From contig OZ242214.1 in NCBI GenBank assembly GCA_965206595.1, positions 6,272,001-6,336,000 on the forward strand: a stretch of DNA of 64,000 bases, given 5' to 3'. The notes beneath the pieces are model-generated. The model searched no databases. It saw nothing but the letters and a program-made list of their open reading frames with translations, and was not told the origin of the DNA. Below are positions 22,401 through 32,686 of the stretch, piece by piece (the first letter of the stretch is position 1; every line of letters starts with the position of its first letter). This DNA comes from Candidatus Latescibacterota bacterium. GTDB taxonomy: Bacteria > Latescibacterota > UBA2968 > UBA8231. The translations under genes and the position numbers were made by a program.

Positions 22401-23571
22401 TGATGGCGAGGACATGCAGGTGATGGCAGTCGGCTTGTGTGGTGATGCGGCGGTGGCTGCATTTCGGGCGGGGGATACCGCCCAAGCATTAGCCCGGCTT
22501 GATAGGGCTCTATGTGACTTAGGGGAGATCGACTTAGGTGCGAGCTTTCGCGCCGCATACTGCCACCGAGTGATCCGTCATGCCGTGCTTTGGCTGAAGT
22601 CACAGATCAAGGGTTCGAGTCAATCGGCGAGTGGGAGCCCGGTCAGAATGGAGGTGGGTGCCTGCAGTAATCCAGTGCCACCTGCGACAGGAGACCTTCC
22701 GCTCGTCCATATCGATTGCGTGTGGTACCTCCTAGTTGAGGCGGAGACACTATCACGCGAGGATGTTGGAATCGCATCAAGACTGGACGAACGGCTAATT
22801 GATGGTCCGATTATTACCCAGGAGATTTACATACGTAGGGAGAGAATGTTAGGCGATGTCCAACGCCTGGATGCCGTGGGATTCTCGAAGGGTTTGGTGG
22901 AGTACGTGGAGGCAGGGGTTTATTGGGCGGAGAATCGAAGCGAGCTTGAAGAGGAGGATGGGGAAATTGAGCCAAGAAGGGGGGAGGTACCAACTCTGGA
23001 CGATCCCGGGCGTGTCGATCCCCATGCTGAACGGTTTGCGAGGACGGCCATTCTAGCGTATTGCATCCAATCGGTCATTGGGGGTAAGGCCGAGGCTCTG
23101 GAGCATTTTGAGGATGCGTTACGTGAAAGATTCAAGGGAGAGTTTTGGGGCATGGCGGTACTCGATTCTGTTCTTGATCAGTCAGCCGATGAGTTCGAGG
23201 ATGCTGGCCCGTTGGAGGAAACGGTGTGCACGATCCTTAGAAGGCTAAGGCAAGTAGAACACGTGCGGCCGAGGGAGTTCTGGATGGCGGGGCTACGCCT
23301 GCATGAGTGGATTAGTCAATCGGATTTTGAGAATCTCCTCCGGCCTACCCTTGCTAGGTGGATGAAAGTAGGCTGGGAAGGGATACTGGCTCAAGAGTCG
23401 TTTGATCTCCTGACGCCGAATCTAACTGTGCCGCCTGTCAGAGAAGTGCTGCGTAGGTGGGCAGATGACGGGGCCTCGGCAGCAAGACTGATTCTTTCAA
23501 CCTCGGAGGCGGTGGGATGTTCTCTGGAGGAATCATATCGAGAGCTCCTCTCGACAATGGCTCGAGAGTAG
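19492..23571 (+). CDS. Nuclease-STAND NTPase-TPR protein (Avs/NLR-like candidate anti-phage protein)
   Basis: 1359 aa; N-terminal ALRGFDYQ..LYLEVAED..AVQVK (Cap4/DUF4297-like nuclease); Walker A GSSGVGKS; Walker B LILDN; GGHPQL (STAND GxP); helical TPR-like C-terminal half. Confidence 0.75.
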   Translation: MTGDLFTSGFGQEADPKGDAARQAVNALRGFDYQVVAATLAWVDLEESGRLYLEVAEDYATIAEQAIRAVQVKDTQASGSVTLNSQDIKSAIKGFVHLVEINPDYSVHLRYFTTARIGLERGICNPFGGMPGLEFWKSAARPSASVDPLRSLLESSRFPEPVRRFCSSRDDASLRRDLLARIHWDCGKPGIGTLREELEARLIVVGRDHFGLPDSEARGLMGPLILKVLTRSTVPDADARFLTRAQLYTAIDDATRYSVQRSTLEALVQATAGVAPSIRQGLEGNFPTSISETGWLITGSSLPALERMIPRPVIQSAVAKALAEFGVGVLVGSSGVGKSVVARAVAGSHGAGFYLVDLQGTGVGEKRKWLDMLFARIGGLGPSSLILDNLNHIDPGVVLSLARLLEAGRRHHCEVLMTCYHMPSQEMLGQLGLDANCIVHSPHFSEEETFALVHMYGGDTDRWGRLAYVAGGGGHPQLTHAFIRGMASRRWPIEEIGEILSQGLSSPDLLATRDEARRKVASVLPPETRDLLYRLSITIGRFDRSLALKIASISPPLSRAGESIDQLVGPWLERSGANVLRVSPLASQFGQEMLEVSEQELIHKTIAEEMVKRGRGSADDMNVILVHAIAGKSAEGIRAIATAVLTADPRTQEKLAELFLLHSYRTDRQIYAGDPVGSHLLRVAQFKLTAAAGDWERLPKVVDALIDQTNELPCGDEGKALESFGTASVLSTMAVGNYLEDWLELLVGYVNSQGKNEYVRATLAAVGDGIGGVGAAALFSFGSMDLKTVERLEKVINELDRVEPQLRRLLLTPVDATFSDYSLLINRPWQLQESQELDALDAAMRYERMAAKTRSWDIQALALQCSKAQAIMLDEYLNDRDGALEVLREAEATLGKDPIITRTIAGIYHRHGEHREAVAAFREIVDEVGSDSETERAFALREAAISAALCGEWPESERLFVEAETAASAADGEDMQVMAVGLCGDAAVAAFRAGDTAQALARLDRALCDLGEIDLGASFRAAYCHRVIRHAVLWLKSQIKGSSQSASGSPVRMEVGACSNPVPPATGDLPLVHIDCVWYLLVEAETLSREDVGIASRLDERLIDGPIITQEIYIRRERMLGDVQRLDAVGFSKGLVEYVEAGVYWAENRSELEEEDGEIEPRRGEVPTLDDPGRVDPHAERFARTAILAYCIQSVIGGKAEALEHFEDALRERFKGEFWGMAVLDSVLDQSADEFEDAGPLEETVCTILRRLRQVEHVRPREFWMAGLRLHEWISQSDFENLLRPTLARWMKVGWEGILAQESFDLLTPNLTVPPVREVLRRWADDGASAARLILSTSEAVGCSLEESYRELLSTMARE

Positions 23572-23613
23572 CAGGATCAACGAGAGTCTGAAAGGACGAT
23601 GAGGCTGTCCTCC

Positions 23614-24786
23614 CTAGTGTCCTGTCGCAGAGATTCGTTCACAAAGTCTCTTGATTTTGGCGAGGATGGAATCCGCCGTAGCCGTCCAGACGAAAGGGTG
23701 TGCGTTGGCGTTCCATTTGGCCGTGTAGCGTTCGATTCGCTCGATGAGCTCCGACACCTTGCGGAACGAATCGCGCCGAACCGCCTGGCGGGTGAGGATA
23801 TTGAACCAGATCTCCACCTGATTGAGCCACGAAGCATACGTGGGAGTGTAGTGAAGGTGAAATCGGGGACGCCGTGCCAGCCATCGCTTGACCTTGGCAT
23901 GCTTATGCGTGGCGTAGTTGTCGACGACGAGATGAATATCGAGGTCAGCGGGCACGTTGGCCTCGATGTGGCGCAGGAACTGGAGGAACTCCTGGTGACG
24001 ATGACGGGGCTTGCACTGGGTCATCACTTCCCCGGTGGCGATGTCCAGGGCGGCAAACAGGGTGGTGGTGCCGTGCCGCTTGTAGTCGTGCGTAATCCCT
24101 TCCACGTATCCCAGTCCCAGGGGCAGCATGGGCTGACTTCGTTCCAACGCCTGGATCTGGCTCTTCTCGTCCACGCACAGCACCAGGGCGTGCTCGGGGG
24201 GATTCAGGTACAAGCCGACGATATCCCGTACTTTGTCGACAAAGAAAGGATCGGTGGAAAGCTTGAAGCGCTTGTGTCGATGGGGCTGCAAACCATACGT
24301 GCGCCAAATGCGATGAACCGCGTCCTTGGTCAGGCCGGTTTCTTCGCCCATGGAGCGCACCGACCACTGTGTTTCGTCTTTGGGCTTGGTCTTCAGGGTC
24401 TTGTATACCACCTCGGCTACCTGCTCGTCCGTGATCGATCGCGGCGCCCCTGAACGTAGTTCATCATACAAGCCATTGAGTCCGTTGTCGAGAAAACGCC
24501 GGCGCCATTTGCCCACCGTAGCTCGCGTCACACCCACCGCGGAAGCGACCGCTTCATTGGGCCAGCCATCGGCGGCCAGCAGCACCATCTCGGCTCGCCG
24601 CACCAATCCGTGGGGAAGACTTCGTGATTTGGCCATCGATTCCAGTCGTTCCCGGTCCGACGGACTCAGCTCTAACGGCGTTAATGGACGCCCCGTCACC
24701 ATAGGTCTCTCCTTTCAGAAGGGGGATAAGGGAAACCTACGGCACTTTCAATTGTTTGTACAGTTAATTACACGACATGACACTAG
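23614..24786 (-). mobile_element. IS630-family element, copy 1 (transposase 23614-24702 intact)
   Basis: CTAGTGTCCTGTCG...CGACATGACACTAG ends; [30 protein letters not shown]. Confidence 0.93.
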
Positions 24787-24887
24787 CTGCGGGACTCTTA
24801 ACAGGCTGCGGTAGTAATGGGAAGCGTCCACTGAAAAACCCTCGCAGCGCCGCGGAGAGAGAGGGTCAGTGGCGAGAGAAACAAGGC

Positions 24888-25319
24888 TTATGACTCCGGG
24901 AACATCTCAAGTTGATTCTCTGGGTTGCTCGGGGATTGGTTCATCCTGGATTCGTGTCGGGGACGGTCCGAGCCCTGGACGCCCCGAGAGCTGTTTGGGC
25001 CTCGGTCAGCCTTAACTTCCCGCATAGTGGGAGGCCGATGCCTACCACCATCCGCCGGTAGGGGGGCGGACTGGTCCTCATCCGGAGTGCCCCAAAGCAA
25101 GCCAGGATGAGGGATTCGGTAATACCCGTCGTCCTCCTTCCTTGTTGCCTTTGGTTTTGCCGGGTCCATCGTCTCCTCAAACCGTCCCTTCGCCCCCTCC
25201 AGATACGCTTCAACCAGCTCCGCGCATATCCATCTGCGCCCGAGACGCTCAGCAACCTCTCCAGTGACGCAGCTCCCGGCGAAGGGGTCGAAGACAATAT
25301 CCCGCGGGTCGGTTACCAT
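24888..25319 (-). pseudogene. N4/N6 DNA methyltransferase C-terminal remnant
   Basis: TDPRDIVFDPFAGSCVTGEVAERLGRRWICAEL (SAM-binding motif I of beta-class MTases); 5' part replaced by an IS91 fragment. Confidence 0.75.
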
Positions 25320-26104
25320 GCGGCTTTTCCCTGCATGCGGCAACGCGGATCGCAGGCCCTGACCGGCGCGGGCTCGAACGCTTGTGCCGCTACGTGGCCC
25401 GGCCGGCCCTGGCGGGAGGGCGTCTGCGCATTCTCGATGCCGACCCTCTTTCCTTCGCGCTCAAAACGCCGTGGTCGGATGGGACCCGCCCTCTCCTGCT
25501 GTCTCCGATGGAACTGCTGGAGAAGCGGGCGGCTCTGGTTCCCCCCGCCCCGGTTTCATCTCCTGCGCTACCACGGGGTCCTGGCGCCCCGGGCCCGGGC
25601 CCGCGAGCGCATCGTGCCGGCCCAGCCGGTTGCCGAGCCGGCCGCGCGGCGGACGGCTCGGCGAGCCCTGCGTCCTGCGGCCATCGGCTGCGGTGGGCGA
25701 CCCTGCTGGCGCGGGTGTTTTCCTCCGACCTCAGCCAATGCGCGGCCTGTGGCCGGCGCCTGCGGATCGTCGCCGCCCTGACCGATCCGACCTCGATCCG
25801 GATCTATCTGGAGGGGGTAGGGCTGCCGGCGATGCCCCCGCCGAGGGCCCCGCCTGAGCCGCTGTTCGAGTTCGCCGCCTGACCTCCTCCGTGATTCGCT
25901 CCCGGCGCCGGGCCTACGGAGGGGTATGCCCTCAACAGTCCCTCAGGCCCCGGATTGATCCGGATACGGGCCGACAGGCAACTAAACTGTACTGCGAACT
26001 CGGTCGAAGGACGGGCAAACGATCCTCCGGGAGCTGCCGGACCCTGGCGGTGCGCTGTCCGCCTTGACCGAGAGTTCAAAAAAGGTGCCTCATTTTTCCT
26101 ATAC
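25320..26104 (+). mobile_element. IS91/ISCR-family element, 3' fragment 1 with oriIS
   Basis: GFSLHAATR..LERLCRYVARP, RYHGVLAP, WATLLARVF..C..CG; ends TTTTCCTATAC followed by TTG. Confidence 0.85.
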
Positions 26105-26800
26105 TTGCCTGGTGTGACACTGCGCTCGACCGTGCTGAAGACTTCCTCGAACAGTTTGGTGGGAAGTACGCAACAGCGGATGCTCAGCGGATCTTCGACG
26201 ATCCGGAGATCGATGCGGTCATGATCCAGACGGGAGAATTACACCATCCCGCACTTGGCATAGCGGCTGCCCGGGCGGGGAAGCACATGTTCATCGAAAA
26301 GCCTATCGCCCGCACGCTCGCGGAAGCGGACAAACTGGTGCATGCTGTTCACGAAGCCGGGGTGAAATTCCAGTTGGGGTTCTGTTTCGAGTACTCACCA
26401 ACAATTGAACGGGCCAAGCAGTTGATGCCACACCCGGCACTCCGTGTGCCAGTGTGCTGCGTCACTCACCGGTCAGGCCTGCCACAACATCGATCTGATC
26501 GTTCACAAGATCCATGATGCGCCACTCACAGCCGTATATGCCTCGGGCGGCAAGTATTTCGACTTCGAGCAGGATTTGCCCATCGACTCCTTCGCCGCGG
26601 TATTTCACTTTGACGATGGCTCTACATGCAGCTATGTACAGCATGGTGTGATGAATCCGCAGCTGAGCAAGTTCCAGTTCCAGCTTTTCGGTCCGGAGGG
26701 GTGTGTGTATGTAGCTGACCGCTTCCGTGAGGTGCTCTGGTATCCCGCGAGTGGTAGCCCTGCTGAGCCCCATCGCGACGATGTGCTCTACATGGGGCAT
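26105..26800 (+). pseudogene. Gfo/Idh/MocA oxidoreductase remnant
   Basis: IFDDPEIDAVMI..H...AGKHMFIEKP; 5' end lost at oriIS; frameshift near 26445. Confidence 0.7.
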
Positions 26801-27547
26801 CTACCGGCGCTGATGTGGAACCCCGGGTGGCCACAGGACAAGTTCGAGGCGTCGTACCAGAAGTTCGCCGAGCGTATGGCCAAGCAGGGTTACGTCGTCC
26901 TCATCCCGGACCACGGCCCGTTCGGCGAAACCTCGCAGGTGGGAGAAAAGAAGAGGGCAAACATGACGCTCGTGATGGGGATGGGACATGTGGTCGGCAT
27001 CAGTCAGCTCGCGCTTCGCTCGGCAGAGGCATCGCGGTGTGGTGAGTACCTGCGGTCGCGCGACGACGTGGACGCTGCGCGCGTCGCCATCTCCGGCCTG
27101 TGCCAGGGTGGGATGGACACGTGGCTGACGGGCGGGATGGACGACGGCTTCTGCGCCGTGGCCCCCATGTGCTCCGCCTCCACGATGGCCGTTCACTTCG
27201 CCGAGATGCTCTACAGCGCGAATGCCGACGTTTCGCCGTTTCCGTTCGGAATCCTGGACGTCTGTGACATCGAGCACCTGCACGCGGCTGTGGCCCTGCG
27301 ACCGCTGCTGGTCCGGGCGAATCTGCCCGACAACTGGTGGCCCATCAGCGGGCTCGACGACATCGAGAGCCTGACCCGAAAGGTCTACCGTCTGTACGGG
27401 TGCGAGGACAAGGCCGATATCCGGTCCGAGGTGCACGAGCACAACCTGACCGGCCCGTTCGCCGATGCGCTCGAAGCGTTTCTGCTGAAATACGTGTGCC
27501 CACAAAGGTCGCCGCGCGGTCCGACCATGCAGCAGGCCGCACAATGA
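26801..27547 (+). pseudogene. Alpha/beta hydrolase (dienelactone/acetylxylan esterase-like), 5'-truncated and fused to the upstream remnant
   Basis: GYVVLIPD..GFGE-like motif, YLRSRDDVDAARVAISGLCQGG nucleophile elbow, C-terminal His. Confidence 0.65.
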
Positions 27548-29487
27548 AGGACACAAAGTCCCCCTTCACGATCCGGGGCCTCTTCGTCGGGGCCATCATG
27601 TCCGTCTTCGTCGGCGTCGTTGCCCCGTATGGCATGATCATGGTACGGGCGGCCGAGTGGGGCTCTCATGCCTCACAACTGGGCGGCGTCTTCCTGTTCT
27701 TCGTCTTCACTTTCTTGATCAACACCCTTCTGGGACTCATCCGCCGTCCCCTGGCCCTGAACCGGGCCGAGCTCGTCCTCATCTACGTCATGATGCTCGT
27801 GGCGCTGACTGTGCCGACTCAGAACCTGCTCGTCTACATCATCCCGACGATTTGCGTCCCCTTCTACTCGGCCAGCCCCGAGAACAACTGGGCCTCTTTC
27901 ATCCACCCCTATCTTCCTGAGTGGATCGCGCCAAAGGATCTCGACTCCATCCGCCACCTCTACGAAGGTCTGCCGGCAGGTCAGTCGATTCCGTGGGAGG
28001 CGTGGTTGGTGCCGTTCGTCGCCTGGTTTTCCTTCCTCATTGCCCTCAGCGTGATGATGTTTTGTCTCTGCGCGATCCTGCACCGCCAATGGTCGACGAA
28101 TGAACGCCTCGCCTATCCCATGGTCCAGCTGCCGCAGCAGATGATCGAGTCGGGCGACGATCCGCTGGCGCGAGTCGCGCCGTTTTTCCGCAGTCCCGTC
28201 GTCTGGCTCGGGTTCGCATTGCCGTTCACTCTTTGGAGTCTCACCGGTCTCAATCACTATTTCCCGTCGGTGCCCGAATGGCCCTACGGCTTTGGCAGCT
28301 TCGAGCTGTTCAAAGGACATCACGGGGTCCTCTTGACTTTGAGCTTTTCCTGGGTCGGTTTCTTTTTTCTCGTCGACCACAGCATCGTTTTCAGCGTCTG
28401 GTTCTTCTACCTGTTTGCCAAGTTGGAGGGTGGGCTGCTCACAACGCTGGGAATCGCCGGCGACGAAGTCCTGAGCCAGTACGAGTTCTACAACACGCCC
28501 GACATGAACCATCAGAGTGTGGGCGCTATCCTCGTCTTCGTGTTGTTCGGTCTCTGGGTCGGCCGTGGCCATCTGCGCTTGGTGTGGGAGAAGGCCTGGC
28601 ATCCCGATCGAGATCGCGATGGCGTCGATGCAGAGGAGTTGCTCTCCTACCGGGCTGCCCTCTGCGGTTTTCTGATCAGCCTCGCGTTCCTGGCCATCTG
28701 GCTCTGGCTTTCCGGAGTACCGGGCGTGGCGCTGCCGTTCTTCCTTCTCCTGGTGCTCGTTTACTACATTGCGCTGACGAGGGTCACGGCAGCCGGGGGC
28801 ATCCCGTCGGCGCGACCGCCGATCGTCGCCCCGTACGCCGTCATCTCGGGGATGGGCAGCTCCTTGCTCGGGAGCAAGGGGATGGTCGCCCTGAATATGG
28901 CCATGGGGTGGCAGGGGGAAATGAGGCTTTTCCCCATGATCGCCTGCGCCAACGGCCTCAAGCTCGCGGAGATGGTGCAGGGCCCGAAGGGGCGTCTCTT
29001 CTGGGGCATGTTGCTGGCGGTCACGTGCAGTCTCGCAGGAGGGACCTGGATGTTGATGACGCTCGGCTACGAGCACGGCGGCATCAATCTGCTCGGAAAC
29101 TTTCTCAGCAACGGGTACACCTGGCAGTATCTGAACCCGATCCTTCAGAGCCAACCGGAGATTGACGTGCGGGGCTGGATCTTCACCGGCATCGGCGGCG
29201 CTATCGAAGGATTTCTGATGTGGGCGAATCACCGCTGGTTCTGGTGGCCCCTCCACCCGCTCGGGTTAGTCGTCTGCGTCGGTTACCTGGCCAGCCACGT
29301 CTGGTTCTCGGCATTCGTCGCCTGGTTGCTCAAGTTGGGTATCCTGAAGTATGGCGGTGGCTCGCTGTTCGCCAGTATCAAACCTTTCTTCCTGGGACTC
29401 ATCATGGGAGAGGCGACCTGCTCCGGCGTCTGGCTCGCTATCGACTACATGACTGGAACAGTCGGAAACCGTCTGGGTTTTATGTGA
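27544..29487 (+). CDS. Polytopic membrane protein, DUF6785/DUF6784 family (putative peptide transporter-like)
   Basis: EL..IY.M, IPWEAWLVP, RQW..NERLAYPMVQLP, WWPLHPLG, PFFLGLI.G. Confidence 0.75.
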   Translation: MKDTKSPFTIRGLFVGAIMSVFVGVVAPYGMIMVRAAEWGSHASQLGGVFLFFVFTFLINTLLGLIRRPLALNRAELVLIYVMMLVALTVPTQNLLVYIIPTICVPFYSASPENNWASFIHPYLPEWIAPKDLDSIRHLYEGLPAGQSIPWEAWLVPFVAWFSFLIALSVMMFCLCAILHRQWSTNERLAYPMVQLPQQMIESGDDPLARVAPFFRSPVVWLGFALPFTLWSLTGLNHYFPSVPEWPYGFGSFELFKGHHGVLLTLSFSWVGFFFLVDHSIVFSVWFFYLFAKLEGGLLTTLGIAGDEVLSQYEFYNTPDMNHQSVGAILVFVLFGLWVGRGHLRLVWEKAWHPDRDRDGVDAEELLSYRAALCGFLISLAFLAIWLWLSGVPGVALPFFLLLVLVYYIALTRVTAAGGIPSARPPIVAPYAVISGMGSSLLGSKGMVALNMAMGWQGEMRLFPMIACANGLKLAEMVQGPKGRLFWGMLLAVTCSLAGGTWMLMTLGYEHGGINLLGNFLSNGYTWQYLNPILQSQPEIDVRGWIFTGIGGAIEGFLMWANHRWFWWPLHPLGLVVCVGYLASHVWFSAFVAWLLKLGILKYGGGSLFASIKPFFLGLIMGEATCSGVWLAIDYMTGTVGNRLGFM

Positions 29488-29682
29488 TAGAAGTGCGATA
29501 CGTGCGCAGAGATCGATGCGGCCGATCAGTTGAAGGCACTACCTCGAAGCAGTCGGACTGCCAGCTCGGTCACCACCCTTCGCCTTGCCCAAAATACCGC
29601 CATCGACACAAATTCGTTTCAATGTAGACTAGCGATCTCTATGTCGCTTATGCTTCCTGTTCTCTAGTGAAGGAACAGCGAG

Positions 29683-31713
29683 ATGAGAACGTCCCTGTGC
29701 CTCATTTTGTGCGCCGTCTGCCTGGGTTGGGTCGCGGACTCCAGCGCCACCCTCTACGTCTATCGCCTTGGTGGTGCCGCCGACCAACCCGAACCGGCGT
29801 TTCCGGATGCGTGGGACGTGGAATTCGTCTCCCTTCCGTGGACACCTGTAGACGAGGGCAGCTTCGGCTCCGTCCAACTGATCGAGACAGCTGACGGCTC
29901 CATCGGCCCCGAGAAGATGGACCCCGAGGTGAATCTGACGCCGACCCTGAGGGGTCGGACCGGAGGGTGGATCAAGTCCTCGGACGGATATGGCTTCAAG
30001 GACGAACCGCAGCTGGATTTCATCTTCGACGGCGATCCGACGACGGCCTACGACGGCGGCGGCGGCCACTTCAGGGGCGGCCAGAGCTGCCCGGCGAATG
30101 GCTCTCGGTGCAACGACGAGACCAGAAACCTGCCCACGAACAGCGCCAAGGCGAGTTGGGGGGGCTCCAAGGCGGTCTGGTTCGACCTCGGTGGCGCCTT
30201 TCCGATCCGCCTGATCCGCATGTACCCGACCACCAAACGCTTCGACGAGCGCGTCCTGAAGGTATTCCTGATCGGCACGAGTGACGGCGATCCGCTCAAG
30301 GAGGGCACCAGAGACACGAACTTCTTCTGGCGCGAAGGCCCTTTCAATTTCAATCTGCGTCACCTGATGCTGGAGAACACGGTTCCCTTGCTCGAGCTCG
30401 ACATGGGTGACGTACCCGCCCGCCACATTTTTCTCGAGACCATCCCGGGCAGGTGGGAAATCGCCGAATTCGAGATCTACGGCGCTGGCGTTGCACCGTC
30501 GGCGACGTACACCTCCAACCTCATCCCTCTGGGTGAGCCCGCCAGCCTGGGGAGCCTGACGTGGTCAGGCTCGCGAGACGATGGAGCTGAGGTCGAGCTG
30601 ACCGTGCGCAGCGGCAGTGACGACGATCCCAACGTTTACTGGCGCCACACGTTTCGGGGGTCGGAGCGGTCGCGGTTCGACGCTTCCGGTAAACCGCTGA
30701 CGCGAGCGGCGTACCTGAAACTGGAAGGCGGCGAACGGGCCGGCATCGCGCCGGACACACGGAACTGGGAGTTCTGGACGCCGCCACTGGACTTCGATGA
30801 GCGCAATGCCCAGCTGGTGACGGAGCGTCCGCGCCAGTTCGTGCAGTTCAATGCCGACTTCCTCTCCGAACGGCCGGCAGATGCCGGCAGCCGACTCGAT
30901 TTTCTCGAGTTCACGGTCAGCAAGCCGCCGATCGTAAGCCAGCTGGTAGCCGAAATTTCCCCGGCGGCTGTGCTGCCCAGGGAGGTGACGCGCTTCACAT
31001 ATACCCTGCTGCCGGAGTTCGGAAGGGATGACCTCGGCTTCGACAGTATCGAGATCGAGACGCCGGTGCAGGCGGCGAGTGTTGACACGATCATCCTGAG
31101 CTCGCCGACGAATCCCCTGGCGATCGACACCCTCGATGTGACAGACATGGCGCAGCTGGGACCCGGCGGTTTCGTCATCACGCTGCCTGGAGCGTATCGC
31201 CGAGACCCCCAGAGCTCCCTGATTCCGATCCAAGTCATCTTCCGCGCCCAGGTGTTTCATTACGGCACCCTGTTCGAGGGCCGGGTGTTCGACAGCACGC
31301 GTGAGTGGGAGGTGCACCAGCGCTTGGCCGCAGGCGACGCCGATCCGCTGATCGATGGCAACACCTTGAGTGTGACCCTGACCGAGGTCGAAGCCAGGGC
31401 GGTGGGAGCGCTGCGTCTATCGTCGCCGGCACTGACGCCGAACGGCGATGGGATCAACGACGAGTTGACGATTGACTATGACCTCGTCAACATGGTCGGA
31501 TCCGTGCCGGTAACGGTCGGTTTCTTCGACCTCTCCGGCCGAAAGGTGGCCGAGGTCGTCAGCGAGCGGGCGAGCGGGCAATGGACGGATGTCTGGGATG
31601 GGACTGACGGGAGCGGCAATCTCCAGCCACCGGGGATGTACATCCTCCGCATGGAGGTGGAAACCGATGAGACGACAGACACGGTGACCGAGGCGGTGGC
31701 CCTCGTCTACTGA
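29683..31713 (+). CDS. Secreted protein with C-terminal FlgD Ig-like/sorting domain
   Basis: Signal peptide; EIAEFEIYG; C-terminal TPNGDGIND...FDLSGRKV...WDGTDGSG...PPGMYI. Confidence 0.8.
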   Translation: MRTSLCLILCAVCLGWVADSSATLYVYRLGGAADQPEPAFPDAWDVEFVSLPWTPVDEGSFGSVQLIETADGSIGPEKMDPEVNLTPTLRGRTGGWIKSSDGYGFKDEPQLDFIFDGDPTTAYDGGGGHFRGGQSCPANGSRCNDETRNLPTNSAKASWGGSKAVWFDLGGAFPIRLIRMYPTTKRFDERVLKVFLIGTSDGDPLKEGTRDTNFFWREGPFNFNLRHLMLENTVPLLELDMGDVPARHIFLETIPGRWEIAEFEIYGAGVAPSATYTSNLIPLGEPASLGSLTWSGSRDDGAEVELTVRSGSDDDPNVYWRHTFRGSERSRFDASGKPLTRAAYLKLEGGERAGIAPDTRNWEFWTPPLDFDERNAQLVTERPRQFVQFNADFLSERPADAGSRLDFLEFTVSKPPIVSQLVAEISPAAVLPREVTRFTYTLLPEFGRDDLGFDSIEIETPVQAASVDTIILSSPTNPLAIDTLDVTDMAQLGPGGFVITLPGAYRRDPQSSLIPIQVIFRAQVFHYGTLFEGRVFDSTREWEVHQRLAAGDADPLIDGNTLSVTLTEVEARAVGALRLSSPALTPNGDGINDELTIDYDLVNMVGSVPVTVGFFDLSGRKVAEVVSERASGQWTDVWDGTDGSGNLQPPGMYILRMEVETDETTDTVTEAVALVY

Positions 31714-31769
31714 GGGAGCGGCGAAGCTATGCCGCCCTGTTCAGGCCGGCTGGCATGGCATGGGCGGCC

Positions 31770-31881
31770 TCTTCTGGCGAACAGCGACCCAGCCGTACAT
31801 CAGGCGATCCGCGAAGAGCTGGAGCAGGTTATCGAGGAGGAAGGAAATCCCGGAAACAACATCTTGCCGCGGATTCCGGAG
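31770..31881 (+). pseudogene. N-terminal scrap of a PhyH(-HEAT) paralog
   Basis: VHQAIREELEQVIEEEGNPGNNILPRIPE matches HGNPGNNILPLIPE in 58944-60365; cut by an IS91 fragment. Confidence 0.6.
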
Positions 31882-32548
31882 CGATGCCGACCCTCTTTCC
31901 TTCGCGCTCAAAACGCCGTGGTCGGATGGGACCCGCCATCTCCTGCTGTCGCCGATGGAACTGCTGGAGAAGCTGGCGGCTCTGGTTCCCCCGCCCCGGT
32001 TTCATCTCCTGCGCTACCACGGGGTCCTGGCGCCCCGGGCCCGGGCCCGCGAGCGCATCGTGGCGGCCAAGCCGGGTGCCGAGCCGGCGGCGGCGGACGG
32101 CTTGGCGAGCGCTGCGTCCTGCGGCCATCGGCTGCGCTGGGCGACCCTGCTGGCGCGGGTGTTTTCCTCCGACCTCAGCCAATGCGCGGCCTGTGGCGGG
32201 CGCCTGCGGATCGTCGCCGCCCTGACCGATCCGGCCTCGATCCGGACCTATCTGGAGGGGGTAGGGCGGCCGGGGATGCCCCCGCCGAGAGCCCCGCCTC
32301 AGCCGCTGCTCGAGTTCGCCGCCTGACCTCCTCCCGCGATCCGCTCCCGGCACCGGGCCTGCGGAGGGGTGTGCCCTCAACGGTCCTCAGGCCCCGGATT
32401 GATCCGGATACGGGCCGACAGGCAACTAAACTGTACTGCGAGCTCGGTCGAAGGACGGGCAAACGATCCTCCGGGAGCTGTCGGACCCTGGCGGTGCGCT
32501 GTCCGCCTTGACCGAGAGTCCAAAAAAGGTGCCTCATTTTACCTATAC
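31882..32548 (+). mobile_element. IS91/ISCR-family element, 3' fragment 2 with oriIS
   Basis: Highly similar to 25435-26104; ends TTTTACCTATAC followed by TTC. Confidence 0.85.
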
Positions 32549-32686
32549 TTCCCCGCCATGGTCTAGGGCATCTAGTGCGGCATTGATGTTTTTGCGAACC
32601 GGCAAAGGGCGGACGACCCCCTGGGGCGTCAGTTCGACGCAGATGTTTGGGTTTCATCAAGGCCGCGGGCATTGGGCGCCAAGAGC

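Noticed and set aside
26064-26104. Outward promoter at oriIS (TTGACC)
   Set aside because: No acceptable -10 hexamer at 16-18 bp spacing.
32577-32666. Short imperfect inverted repeat gcggcattgatg / catcaaggccgc after a CTAG
   Set aside because: Possibly a decayed MITE, but the right end lacks CTAG and there is no second copy; too weak to call.
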